The position numbers and the translations under genes are program-made. From Nanobdellota archaeon (GTDB lineage: Archaea > Nanobdellota > Nanobdellia > Pacearchaeales > GW2011-AR1): a stretch of 64,000 bases of DNA. This document shows positions 26,801-35,349 of the stretch, piece after piece (position 1 is the first letter of the stretch; each line of letters begins with the position of its first letter). The stretch covers positions 72,562-136,561 of the forward strand of contig JAKADZ010000001.1 in assembly GCA_021818475.1 (NCBI GenBank), in the 5' to 3' direction. The notes beneath the pieces were generated by a model. That model ran no database searches and was not told the origin of the DNA. It was given only the letters and a program-made list of their open reading frames with translations.

Positions 26801-27107
26801 AATTGAAGGAAGAGCAAGAGGAGGAGCATTAAGATTAGGGGAGATGGAACAGGAAGCACTGGTTGCTCACGGAGCTTCTTTATTGCTGAAAGAAAGATAC
26901 GATTCAGATAAAGTTGTCCTTCCAATCTGCACTAAATGCGGAAGCATAGGAATCGACGACAATATTTCAAATAAATTAGTATGTCCAATGTGCGGCAGCG
27001 AAGATATCGAACCAGTGGAAATGTCTTATGCATTCAAGTTGCTGCTTGAAGAATTGCAGGGCTTGCATATTCACACATCATTCGGACTAAAAAATAAATA
27101 TGAATAA
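23853..27107 (+). CDS. rpoB: DNA-directed RNA polymerase subunit B (unsplit)
   Basis: 1084 aa. Conserved blocks include GDKFATSHGQKGV, HGLPSRMTVG and LGEMEQEAL, plus a C-terminal Zn ribbon CTKCGS...CPMCGS. Confidence 0.97.
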   Translation: MEKNNHLIVKKYLEDHSLVESNIISFNEFIEHRMQELVEEVSEQITNEEFEITLGKVKVEKPKVIEADGSSSLILPYEARLRNLTYSAPVTLEITIKRGDQVDSDVVEIGRIPVMVKSKVCNTFGMSQQELVDSYNDPLDPGGYFIINGNERVMVMAEDLAENQPFIENNSKGNLNLRLFSLKGTYRIPITISESKEGMIDLSFSRFKDLPAVVVLKALGLTKESDIAKYIGKETDSVIVNLYEFVNLATKEDAMMFIAEKTGLQGTKKEILDRVKQRIDSYLLPHIGQKKEDRMNKAVTICKLIKQFLIAKENPELKTDKDHYSNKRVRLSGDLLANLFKVNLGILIRDIQYSIQKSSKRKKFFSLKVIAKSTLFSHRIESAIATGSWTGERTGVTQNMDKTNYLAMISQLQRVSSMLASDQENFPARTLHPTHYGRFCPIETPEGTEIGLRKNLSILSKISTRVELDGTKFIKDLELIGLDPEGFEGADVLFNGRFIGSVKNREDFVKKIKEKRRAGDLPVQMSIRNDQGFNNVLISTEPGRVLRPLIIADNGVSRLKNEHKLQIEQNELKWNDLLNKGIIEYLDAAEEENALVSLYEGELTPEHTHLEIDSMDLFGVVTSLVPYGNHDQSSRLNRGSKTQKQSLGIYSANYLCRLDTDVSILQYPQRPLVRSFVYDTLNTYPAGQNLVVAVMTYEGYNMEDALVLNKGSVQRGVGRSFYFRPYSALEMNYAGGLKDEIVVPEKDASGYRTETSYKFLEGDGVVYPEAQVNEGEVLIGKMSPPKFLSEQREISIRTKKETSVTMRQEEKGTVDGVFITEDSEGNKIIQVRTRDQRIPELGDKFATSHGQKGVVGMIIPQEDIPFTSRGVHPDVIFNPHGLPSRMTVGYLLELLAGKVASLSGEPVDGTSFSGTNKKELEENLKELGFRYDGKETMYNGITGERMTVKIFVGNLYYQKLKYMVGNKMHGRASGKVALLTRQPIEGRARGGALRLGEMEQEALVAHGASLLLKERYDSDKVVLPICTKCGSIGIDDNISNKLVCPMCGSEDIEPVEMSYAFKLLLEELQGLHIHTSFGLKNKYE

Positions 27108-27306
27108 AATGGGAAAAATAATAATGGAAAGTTTAATAGTAGAAAACGAAGAAAACAGATTAGCAAAACTATCTAATATTGTACAAGATTTTGAATTTTC
27201 AAAGAAATCTGGAATAGTTTTGCAAGAGCCAAAAAACGCAATACCTCTTACATTGCCTGACTATTTACCAACTAAACCAGAAGACAATTTAATTAATTAC
27301 GAATAA
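27100..27306 (+). CDS. hypothetical 68-aa ORF between rpoB and rpoA
   Basis: The ATG overlaps the rpoB stop by 8 nt. No family recognised. Its position inside the otherwise tightly coupled rpoB-rpoA junction is unusual. Confidence 0.35.
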   Translation: MNKMGKIIMESLIVENEENRLAKLSNIVQDFEFSKKSGIVLQEPKNAIPLTLPDYLPTKPEDNLINYE

Positions 27307-27325
27307 AATGAAAATCAGTCATGAA

Positions 27326-27375
27326 CAACAAATTCAGTGGGAAGTTGATGCACAAGAAACCGGAGGTGTCTTAGC
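27326..27375 (+). repeat. short form of the dispersed module directly upstream of rpoA
   Basis: CAACAAATTCAGTGGGAAGTTGATGCACAAGAAACCGGAGGTGTCTTAGCA matches 4571-4620 at both ends and differs only in the central ~11 nt. GGAGGTG lies 8 nt upstream of the rpoA ATG. Confidence 0.6.
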
Positions 27376-30300
27376 ATGGTAATAGAAACAAAACCAGTCA
27401 AGAAAAGTGTAAGCGAAATAAGATTCGCTCTTCTTAGTCCTGACAACATCAAAAAAATTTCAGTTGCAAAAATAGTAACTCCCGAATTATATAACATTGA
27501 TGGTTATCCTGTCGACGGAGGTTTGATGGATTTAAGACTTGGAGCAATTGATCCAGGTGTAAGATGTAGAACTTGCGGAGGAAGATTAAAAGAATGTCTT
27601 GGCCATCCAGGCAGTATTGACCTTGCTCGTCCGGTGATTCACCTAAAATATGTTCCATTGATTGAATTAGGACTAAGATGTTTCTGTAAAGAATGCGGAA
27701 AATTATTGCTTTCTGACAAGGATTTGGAAAAATATTCAATGAGCGAGAGAGCAAAGAAAGCAAAAGATGCAAAGAAATGCCCTCATTGCGGTGCTGTTCA
27801 TGAAAAAATAAAACTTGATAAGCCGACAAGTTTCTTCGTCGGAAAAACAAGGCTTTTCCCAACTGAAATAAGAGAGATGCTTGTAAATATTCCAAATGAA
27901 GAACTGAAGAAGATAGGAATAAATACGACTACATGCCGTCCTGAATGGGCAATCCTTACAATGCTACTTGTTCCACCTGTAACAATTCGTCCTTCAATTA
28001 TTTTAGAATCAGGAGAAAGAAGTGAAGATGATTTGACTCACAAACTTTCAGACATAATCAGAGCAAATCAGAGACTTTGGGAAAACCTTAATGCAGGAGC
28101 TCCTGAAGTTATTATAGAAGACCTATGGGATTTATTGCAGTTCCACGTAACAACATTCTTTGATAACAGCGTCGCTAAAATTCCTCCTGCAAGACATAGA
28201 AGCGGACAGCCATTAAAAACAATAATGGAAAGAATCAAAGGTAAAGAAGGAAGAATAAGAAAGAATCTCGCAGGTAAAAGAGTAAACTATTCTGCAAGAA
28301 CAGTTATTTCTCCAGATCCGCAGATAGCAATAAATGAAGTCGGAATTCCTTTTGAAATTGCAAAAGTAGTAACTGTTGCAGAAGGAGTTACTGATTTAAA
28401 TATTGAAAAATTAAAGAAATTAATTCAAAAGGCAGATGAATATCCGGGAGCAAATTATATTATAAGACCCGACGGAAAAAGAAAAAAGATTACTGCTGAT
28501 TTGAAAGAAGAAATAATTAATGAAATAACACCCGGCTACAAAGTTGAAAGACATCTGCAGGACGGGGATGTTGTATTGTTTAACCGTCATCCTTCTCTTC
28601 ACAGAGGAAGTTTGATGGCCCACTTCGTTCGTGTATTGCCCGGAAGAACTTTCCGACTTCACCCCGCAGTTGCTGCGCCATACAACGCTGACTTCGACGG
28701 AGATGAAATGAATATTCACTCACCGCAGACAGAAGAAGCAAGAGCAGAAGCGAAGATTCTTTTGGATGTAAAAAGAAATTTATTCTCTCCAAAAAATAAC
28801 ACCAACTTAATCGGATGTATTGGAGATGCCATAACTGGAAATTACCTATTAGGAACAGAAGAATTTTCAAGAGATTATGCAAATCAGATTTTGTTCAAAT
28901 CTGAAATTAACAAGCAAATAACAAAGAAAACTGTAAGTGGGGCAGAAATTTTCTCAGCAATACTTCCAAAAATAAATTTCTCAAACGACTACATTCAGAT
29001 AAAAGATGGCGAGGTTACAAAAGGAATAATCAACAAAACATTATTCGGAAGTGAAGATGGGGAATTGATAAAAGAACTTGAAAAACAAATTGGAATAAAT
29101 GAAACATTTGAAATAATAAAGAAAGCGTTCACTCTCGGAATAAAATATTTATCAGACAAGGGAATCACAATCTCATTAGAAGATTTAGATCTTGATCAGA
29201 GTGTTATTGACGCGGGTGAAGAAGTAATTAAGAAAGCAGAAAAGAAAACAGAAGAAATAATTGAACAGTATAAGAAAGGAGAACTTGAGAGAATTCCGGG
29301 AAAGACCGACGAGGAATCAAGAGAAATAAGAATTCTTCAGACATTAAATGAAGTAAGAACAAAGATCGGGGAAATCGTCAAGGAGAAATTCCCTAAAGAT
29401 AATCCTGTTAATGATATGATTCAGTCAGGAGGCGGAGGAAATATACTGAATATTACTCAGATGGCTTCTTGCGTCGGACAGCAGGCTTTATGGGGCAGAA
29501 GAATTGATATTGGTTATGACAAAAGAACATTATCTTTCTTCCACAAAGGAGATCTATCTCCTCATTCAAGAGGATTTATAAGAAGTTCATTCATTAAAGG
29601 ACTTCGCCCTGATGAATTTTTCTTCGGAGCAGTTACAGGAAGAGACTCACTCATGGATACAGCATTAAGAACTCCAAAATCAGGATATTTATACAGAAGA
29701 CTTGCAAATGCACTGCAGGATTTGAGAGTGGAATATGACGGAACAGTAAGAGACAGCAACAATAATATAATACAGTATAAATATGGCGACGACGGAGTTG
29801 ATGTTTCAAAACTTCATATGAATGAACAGGTTGCTCCAGGAGAATCAATAGGAATCGTTACTGCACAGTCTTTCGGGGAACCATCAACACAAATGGCTCT
29901 TAACGTATTCCACTTCGCAGGAGTTCAGGAAATGCAGGTCACCAGCGGTCTTCCAAGATTAATTGAAATTTTCGACGCAAGAAAAAAACCTTCTTCACCA
30001 AAGATGGATATTTACTTGAAGAAAGAATATAACAACGAGAAAGATGCAAAAGTTTTCGCTGAAAAAATAAAAGAAGTAACATTAAAAGAAATTGCCTCAG
30101 AAATCAATTTGAATTTTAGTGATAAAACAATAACTATTGTAATAGATAAAGAAGGACTGAAACAAACACACAGTTCAATCAAAACAGTGGTAGAAAAATT
30201 GAATGACCTGGGATTCAGAGCAAAGGAAAAAGAAGATTCAATTTTGTTAAATGCGTCTGAATTTTCATTCAAAGAAATTTATCAGCTTAAAGAAAAATTA

Positions 30301-30873
30301 AAGAAAACAATAATTTCAGGAATAAAGGGAATCAAACAGATTTTGATTGTCAAGAAAGATAAAGATTTCATTGTCATGACTCTTGGAACAAATCTCAAGA
30401 AGATAATAGAACTTAAGGAAGTTGATACCGAGAGAGTTATTTCAAATGACTTCTATGAAGTTGCAGATATTTTCGGAATTGAAGTTGCAAGACAGCTGAT
30501 AATGGATGAAATTTACAACGTCATAAACACTCAGGGTCTTGATATAAATGAAAGACACCTAAAGTTAGTTTCAGATGCAATGACAAATACAGGAGAAGTA
30601 AAAGGAGTAACAAGAATGGGAATTATAACTCAAAAATCTTCAATACTTGCAAGAGCAACTTTCGAAACTCCGGGAAAACAATTTATTAATGCTACAATAA
30701 AAGGAAGCAAGGACAGATTGATAAGTGTAGTTGAAAATATCATGCTTAATCAGCCAATTCCCGTCGGAACAGGACTTCCAGGTCTTCTTGTAAAAGTAAT
30801 AGGACCGTTGACAAAAAAAGAATCAGAGAAGAAAACTGCAAAGAGCGAAGTAGTTGAGGAAACGAACAAATAG
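27376..30873 (+). CDS. rpoA: DNA-directed RNA polymerase subunit A, A' and A'' portions fused in one ORF
   Basis: 1165 aa, continuous. It contains the Zn motif CRTCGGRLKECLGH, the catalytic NADFDGDEMN, the bridge-helix region GAVTGRDSLMDTALRTPKSGYLYRRL (all A' features), and then the trigger-loop region GEPSTQMALNVFHFAGV...GLPRLIEIFDARK (normally the N-terminus of A''). Confidence 0.95.
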   Translation: MVIETKPVKKSVSEIRFALLSPDNIKKISVAKIVTPELYNIDGYPVDGGLMDLRLGAIDPGVRCRTCGGRLKECLGHPGSIDLARPVIHLKYVPLIELGLRCFCKECGKLLLSDKDLEKYSMSERAKKAKDAKKCPHCGAVHEKIKLDKPTSFFVGKTRLFPTEIREMLVNIPNEELKKIGINTTTCRPEWAILTMLLVPPVTIRPSIILESGERSEDDLTHKLSDIIRANQRLWENLNAGAPEVIIEDLWDLLQFHVTTFFDNSVAKIPPARHRSGQPLKTIMERIKGKEGRIRKNLAGKRVNYSARTVISPDPQIAINEVGIPFEIAKVVTVAEGVTDLNIEKLKKLIQKADEYPGANYIIRPDGKRKKITADLKEEIINEITPGYKVERHLQDGDVVLFNRHPSLHRGSLMAHFVRVLPGRTFRLHPAVAAPYNADFDGDEMNIHSPQTEEARAEAKILLDVKRNLFSPKNNTNLIGCIGDAITGNYLLGTEEFSRDYANQILFKSEINKQITKKTVSGAEIFSAILPKINFSNDYIQIKDGEVTKGIINKTLFGSEDGELIKELEKQIGINETFEIIKKAFTLGIKYLSDKGITISLEDLDLDQSVIDAGEEVIKKAEKKTEEIIEQYKKGELERIPGKTDEESREIRILQTLNEVRTKIGEIVKEKFPKDNPVNDMIQSGGGGNILNITQMASCVGQQALWGRRIDIGYDKRTLSFFHKGDLSPHSRGFIRSSFIKGLRPDEFFFGAVTGRDSLMDTALRTPKSGYLYRRLANALQDLRVEYDGTVRDSNNNIIQYKYGDDGVDVSKLHMNEQVAPGESIGIVTAQSFGEPSTQMALNVFHFAGVQEMQVTSGLPRLIEIFDARKKPSSPKMDIYLKKEYNNEKDAKVFAEKIKEVTLKEIASEINLNFSDKTITIVIDKEGLKQTHSSIKTVVEKLNDLGFRAKEKEDSILLNASEFSFKEIYQLKEKLKKTIISGIKGIKQILIVKKDKDFIVMTLGTNLKKIIELKEVDTERVISNDFYEVADIFGIEVARQLIMDEIYNVINTQGLDINERHLKLVSDAMTNTGEVKGVTRMGIITQKSSILARATFETPGKQFINATIKGSKDRLISVVENIMLNQPIPVGTGLPGLLVKVIGPLTKKESEKKTAKSEVVEETNK

Positions 30874-30888
30874 AGGAATATATAAAAC

Positions 30889-30896
30889 TTTATAAA
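30889..30896 (+). promoter_or_regulatory. TATA box for nusA-like gene
   Basis: TTTATAAA lies 22 nt upstream of the ATG at 30919. Confidence 0.45.
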
Positions 30897-30918
30897 ACGA
30901 ATCATTCTTCAAATTAAA

Positions 30919-31335
30919 ATGGTGAACACACTAGATATACAGGATATAATGCATTTGAATTTGTTTAGTCAGGTGACCCGAATAAACACAAGGTTCTGCA
31001 TGAAATATAATAATGCAATAATTTTTTGCGTTCCAAAAAGTTTTTTGAATAAAGCCGTCGGAGAAGGCGGAAAAAATCTAAAAAGGTTAAGCGAGACTTT
31101 CGGAAAAAAAGTAAGAATAATTGCATTGCCGAGGGGAATTCAGGATGCAAAAGGATTTATTCAGACAATTATCAAACCTCTGACATTCAAAGATTTCGAA
31201 ATAAAAGGGAATGAGATAATAATCACTGCAGGAATTCAGAACAAAGCAGCATTAATAGGAAGAGAAAAAAGAAGACTTATCGAACTCCAAAGAATTGTTC
31301 AGGATTATTTTGGAAAAGAACTGAAAATAATTTAA
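30919..31335 (+). CDS. nusA: archaeal NusA-like KH-domain protein
   Basis: 138 aa with two KH-like GxxG contexts (GEGGKNLKRL, ALIGREKRRL). It occupies the conserved position between rpoA and rps12. Confidence 0.85.
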   Translation: MVNTLDIQDIMHLNLFSQVTRINTRFCMKYNNAIIFCVPKSFLNKAVGEGGKNLKRLSETFGKKVRIIALPRGIQDAKGFIQTIIKPLTFKDFEIKGNEIIITAGIQNKAALIGREKRRLIELQRIVQDYFGKELKII

Positions 31336-31345
31336 CTCGGAAAGT

Positions 31346-31353
31346 TTTATAAA
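31346..31353 (+). promoter_or_regulatory. TATA box for rps12-rps7
   Basis: TTTATAAA lies 21 nt upstream of the ATG at 31375. Confidence 0.45.
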
Positions 31354-31374
31354 TCAATTTTATCATTTGTTAAT

Positions 31375-31797
31375 ATGGGATTAAAGACAGCAAAAAAATT
31401 AATGGGCAACAGAAAAAAAGCCCGATGGAAAGACAAGAATTATATTGCGAAAACTCTTAATTTGTACGCTAAAGCCGATCCTCTTGAAGGAGCAAATCAG
31501 GCTAAGGCAATTGTTCTGCAGAAAGTTCAGAAGGAAGCAAAACAGCCAAATTCAGCAATGAGAAAATGCTGCAAAGTTCAGCTTACAAAAAACGGAAAAT
31601 CTGTAACTGCATTCATTCCAGGAAATCTCGCTCAAAGATTCATTGAAGAACACGACGAAGTTTTAATTCAGAGAATCGGCGGAAAGCAGGGACGTTCAAA
31701 AGGAGATATTCCCGGAGTTCGATTCCAGGTTATTCAAGTAAATGATCAGCCATTGGAAAGATTAGTCCACGGCAAGATTGAAAAGGGAAGAAGATAA
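31375..31797 (+). CDS. rps12: 30S ribosomal protein uS12
   Basis: 140 aa. Conserved PNSAMRK and [15 protein letters not shown] blocks. Confidence 0.95.
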   Translation: MGLKTAKKLMGNRKKARWKDKNYIAKTLNLYAKADPLEGANQAKAIVLQKVQKEAKQPNSAMRKCCKVQLTKNGKSVTAFIPGNLAQRFIEEHDEVLIQRIGGKQGRSKGDIPGVRFQVIQVNDQPLERLVHGKIEKGRR

Positions 31798-32405
31798 TGG
31801 CAGAGAATAATTACAATTTTAAAATATTTGACTTGTATGATATTTCACAAATTGAAGTAAAAGATTTGGGATTGAAACCTGTGATAAATCTTCAGCCAAA
31901 ATTAGTTCTTAATTCTCACGGAAGAAACGTCCAGAAATTCGGCGCAGTAAAAGTAAATATTATTGAGAGGTTAATGAACAGAATCGGAATTGCAGGACAC
32001 AGAGGAAAAAAACATAAGATAGAAAAAGGAAGCGCAGCAGGAAAATATTCTAAGAATATGAAAATAATTCTTGAAGCATTCAAATTAATAGAGAAGAAAA
32101 CAGGAAAAAATCCGGTAGAAGTTTTGGTAAGAGCAATAGAAAATTCAGCACCAAGAGATGAGATTACGGTTATTGAATATGGGGGAGCAAGATACCCTCA
32201 GGCAGTGGATGTTTCTCCGATAAGAAGAGTAAATCTTTCTCTAAGATGGATGATTCAGGGAGCATCAGACAAAGCATTCAACAAGAAAAAAACTTTGACA
32301 GAAGGAATTGCCGAAGAGATAATGCTTGCAGCAGACAACAGCGGAGATAGTTTCGCCTGCAGAAAGAAAAACGAATCTGAAAAGCAAGCCGACTCAGCAC
32401 GATAA
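31797..32405 (+). CDS. rps7: 30S ribosomal protein uS7
   Basis: 202 aa with the archaeal uS7 pattern (NIIERLMNRI, VLVRAIENSAPRDE, YGGARYPQAVDVSP.RR). The start overlaps the rps12 stop. Confidence 0.95.
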   Translation: MAENNYNFKIFDLYDISQIEVKDLGLKPVINLQPKLVLNSHGRNVQKFGAVKVNIIERLMNRIGIAGHRGKKHKIEKGSAAGKYSKNMKIILEAFKLIEKKTGKNPVEVLVRAIENSAPRDEITVIEYGGARYPQAVDVSPIRRVNLSLRWMIQGASDKAFNKKKTLTEGIAEEIMLAADNSGDSFACRKKNESEKQADSAR

Positions 32406-32640
32406 ATTTAACAAACTTTTTGAGTTTTGTTGAAAAAATTAATTTTGTTTTTATAAATGTTCAATATATCATCACCTCAGAATTTTCTCTCTTAAAAAAT
32501 TTTTGCAAAATTATGTCCTTTGATAAAAGAACTTTCCCAGTTAAAATAAAAAGATATTCTGATTTTATAAGATCTTGGTATAATAAAAAATATTTTTCTA
32601 ATATAATAATCCTTAAAAATAAATTAATTATTTTCTAAAT

Positions 32641-32961
32641 ATGAAAAAAACTAGATTTGAACAAATTAAAAGAGATTATCTTAAAGGAAGAAAACGACTT
32701 GAGAATATTGCTGTTGGAAGTTTAGTTTGGGAAGAAGTTGGTCATGGGGGCTGGGATATGGATTATCATCCTGCAGTTGTCAAATCTGTAAATGTTGATG
32801 AAGATTATATTGAGGTACTTGACGTCAGTGATAGGAATCAGGAAAAAAGATATACTTCTTTTTTAACTAGAGAAGAAATGGTAGCAAAAGGATTTTCAGA
32901 AGAATCTATTGAAGAGGATTATAAAAAATATGCAGAAGTTATTAAGACTTTAAAAAAATAA
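32641..32961 (+). CDS. hypothetical protein
   Basis: 106-aa ORF and first gene of the insert between rps7 and aEF-2. No family recognised. Confidence 0.5.
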   Translation: MKKTRFEQIKRDYLKGRKRLENIAVGSLVWEEVGHGGWDMDYHPAVVKSVNVDEDYIEVLDVSDRNQEKRYTSFLTREEMVAKGFSEESIEEDYKKYAEVIKTLKK

Positions 32962-32962
32962 A

Positions 32963-33187
32963 ATGACAATTGAATATAACGAGTATCAGCGTTCAGAAGA
33001 TTGTGCAAAAGAAATTTATTCTGATTTAAAAAAATTACCCTTGGAAATAAGAGAACACTTGCAATTAATGGTCCAGGAATCTCCAATCGCCGTCAGAGAA
33101 ATGCCCATTAATGAAGCAATAAAAAGATGCACTAAAAGAAGAAGCCCGTTTTTAGATGTTTCAGATTTAGTCGAACTGGACGATTAA
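32963..33187 (+). CDS. hypothetical protein
   Basis: 74-aa ORF, 1 nt after the preceding stop. No family recognised. Confidence 0.45.
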   Translation: MTIEYNEYQRSEDCAKEIYSDLKKLPLEIREHLQLMVQESPIAVREMPINEAIKRCTKRRSPFLDVSDLVELDD

Positions 33188-33233
33188 TTCTTCGAAGAAA
33201 CATTTAAATAGAAAATTTAATATCTTTATAGTA

Positions 33234-34133
33234 ATGAAAAAAGAGGGGGCATTCGCAGTTTTAATTATATTCCTAATTATTATTTTCTCTGAAGGAATAT
33301 CCGCAACATCTTATTGCATTAATCCTGTTGTTTCAGATATAAGCCCAAGTTCAATAGGAATAGACCAGGAATTCACCGTCGGTATTTTGCTTGACAACTG
33401 CGGAGATCAGGCGCCGCAGAATATAACCTTTGAATTAAAAGACATAAGCCCGGAGATAACAGTTAAAGAACCATTAGTCAGGAATTTAACAGAAATAGGT
33501 TCATTGGGAGACAGGTTTCTTCTTTATCACATGAAAACTTCAAATCAGATAATTCCGGGAGATTATTATATAAATTATAAGCTTGAATATTCCGGCGGAG
33601 ACGGAATTATTTACCCAAAAGAAGGAAGTTTCGTTGTTACAGTAACCGGAAATAAAGCAGAATTAAGCATAGCCTCTTCAAAAACAAATCCTGTAATGCC
33701 ATTGCAGGGCCAGGCAGTTGAATTAACATTAAGAATTGAAAATTATGGAAAGGGAACTGCAAATTCAATAAGAGTTTTATTAAATCATAATTTTTCAGGT
33801 TCAAGAGAAGCATTTATCGGAACACTCTCTCCTGATGAAGACGGTCCGGCAGTTTTCACTTTTATTCCCAAAAAAAATGGAGACTATATAATCCCGGTAA
33901 AAATTTTTTATCAGGACGATTTTGGGCAAAAAGAATTTGATACAAGTGTTGAAGTCTATGTTTCAGAAGCAGATTCAGGATGGCTTTACATATTATTTGG
34001 GGCAATAATCATTCTCATAATAGGAACACTGATTTTCTATTTATTCAAGATAAAAAGAACCAAAGAAAAAATAATACATCAGCTTCTGAGGGGAAGTCAT
34101 CCCGAAAAGAAAAAAATTTTGAAGAGAAAATGA
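33234..34133 (+). CDS. secreted, C-terminally anchored protein with two CARDB-like beta-sandwich domains
   Basis: Signal peptide (AFAVLIIFLIIIFSEGISA), two similar ~110-aa modules, a C-terminal TM helix (WLYILFGAIIILIIGTLIFYLF) and a basic tail. It lies immediately upstream of the ABC permease. Confidence 0.75.
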   Translation: MKKEGAFAVLIIFLIIIFSEGISATSYCINPVVSDISPSSIGIDQEFTVGILLDNCGDQAPQNITFELKDISPEITVKEPLVRNLTEIGSLGDRFLLYHMKTSNQIIPGDYYINYKLEYSGGDGIIYPKEGSFVVTVTGNKAELSIASSKTNPVMPLQGQAVELTLRIENYGKGTANSIRVLLNHNFSGSREAFIGTLSPDEDGPAVFTFIPKKNGDYIIPVKIFYQDDFGQKEFDTSVEVYVSEADSGWLYILFGAIIILIIGTLIFYLFKIKRTKEKIIHQLLRGSHPEKKKILKRK

Positions 34134-34134
34134 A

Positions 34135-35349
34135 ATGTTTAAAGATGTTAAAGTCGGATTCCTCACTGCAAAAAGTTCTGTAAAAAGAGGGAATAAAAAA
34201 ACAACTATATTCATAATTTTCGTTCTTTCTCTGATTTTCCTTAATCTAATTTTTTTGCCTTCACTGATAAACGGAATGATGAAATTATTTGTGGGATTTG
34301 TGCAGGATTATGCATATGGTGATGTTGTAATAGAACCTGCAGACGGGAATGTTTATATTAATGATGCAGATAATATTCTCACAAAAATAAGAAGCCTGAA
34401 TGATGTGGAAGCTGCTGCAAAAAGGCTGACGGTAGGGGCGTCGCTGGCGTATGAACAAAAAGAAGTGGGAGTCACGATTTTGGGGGTTGTTCCGTCGGAT
34501 GAAGAAAAAGTTTCATTATATCCTTATATTGTTAAAGAAGGAGATTTTTTGGGGGACTTATCCAGAAATGAAATTATAGTGGGGGCGATGATTGCAGGAA
34601 CCGGTCCGGGTTCAGAAATTTATGATAATCTGGGAGAAGTAAAAATCGGGTCACTTATTAATGCCACTTACGGGAATAATTTAAAAAAAATCTATAAGGT
34701 AAAGGGAATTCAGGAAGGAACTTTTGAATTGACTGATTTAAATGCCTTGGTTAGTTTTAAGGAACTGGAATCTGTTTTGGGAATTGAAGGAGAGCATAAA
34801 GCAAGCTCTATTGTGATAAGAGTTCAAAAAGCAGGCGAAGAAGCCGACGTGAAAAGTCAGATTTTAGGAATGGGAATCAAGGATAAAGTTTTCACGTGGC
34901 AGGAAAAAGCAGAAGTGCTTATAAAACAAGCAACTCAAAGTATGAGCACCCTTGATATAGTGTCAAAAATAGTCAGTCTAATTATCGGAGCTTCTCTTAT
35001 TTTTATTGTAAATTATATTAATACTTTAAACAGAAAAAAAGAAATCGGAATACTAAAAGCAGTTGGAGTGAGTCCTGCTTCAGTAATTATTTCTTATATT
35101 TTTATAAGCCTGTTTTATGTAATGATGGGAATAATATTAGGATTGGTTCTGTTTTTATTTTTGACTTTATATTTGCAGACAAACCCAATCACATTCTATG
35201 GTTCACTGAAAATTTACCCTGTTCTTGAACTTAGCCTGTTAATGCAGAGTATATTAATTATGATAACTATGTCATTGATTGCAGGCTTCCTGCCTTCATG
35301 GTTAGTCACAAAGGAGAGCATACTTGATGCAATCTGGAGCAGAGAATGA
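34135..35349 (+). CDS. ABC transporter permease, FtsX/MacB-like
   Basis: 404 aa. It has an N-terminal TM helix, a large extracytoplasmic domain, then three C-terminal TM helices with the FtsX-type segment (KKEIGILKAVGVSPASV). Confidence 0.88.
   Translation: MFKDVKVGFLTAKSSVKRGNKKTTIFIIFVLSLIFLNLIFLPSLINGMMKLFVGFVQDYAYGDVVIEPADGNVYINDADNILTKIRSLNDVEAAAKRLTVGASLAYEQKEVGVTILGVVPSDEEKVSLYPYIVKEGDFLGDLSRNEIIVGAMIAGTGPGSEIYDNLGEVKIGSLINATYGNNLKKIYKVKGIQEGTFELTDLNALVSFKELESVLGIEGEHKASSIVIRVQKAGEEADVKSQILGMGIKDKVFTWQEKAEVLIKQATQSMSTLDIVSKIVSLIIGASLIFIVNYINTLNRKKEIGILKAVGVSPASVIISYIFISLFYVMMGIILGLVLFLFLTLYLQTNPITFYGSLKIYPVLELSLLMQSILIMITMSLIAGFLPSWLVTKESILDAIWSRE

Noticed and set aside
17393-30873. 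Inteins in NrdJ, RpoB or RpoA (common intein hosts in archaea)
   Set aside because: The conserved blocks are contiguous, with no inserted ~150-500-aa segment bearing splicing-junction or homing-endonuclease motifs.
32420-32638. 72-aa track ORF (TTG start) downstream of rps7
   Set aside because: It is an extremely AT-rich spacer containing a TATA-like box and a repeat-family motif. It has a non-ATG start, I/F/K/N-rich low-complexity translation, and is more likely the promoter region of the inserted cluster.
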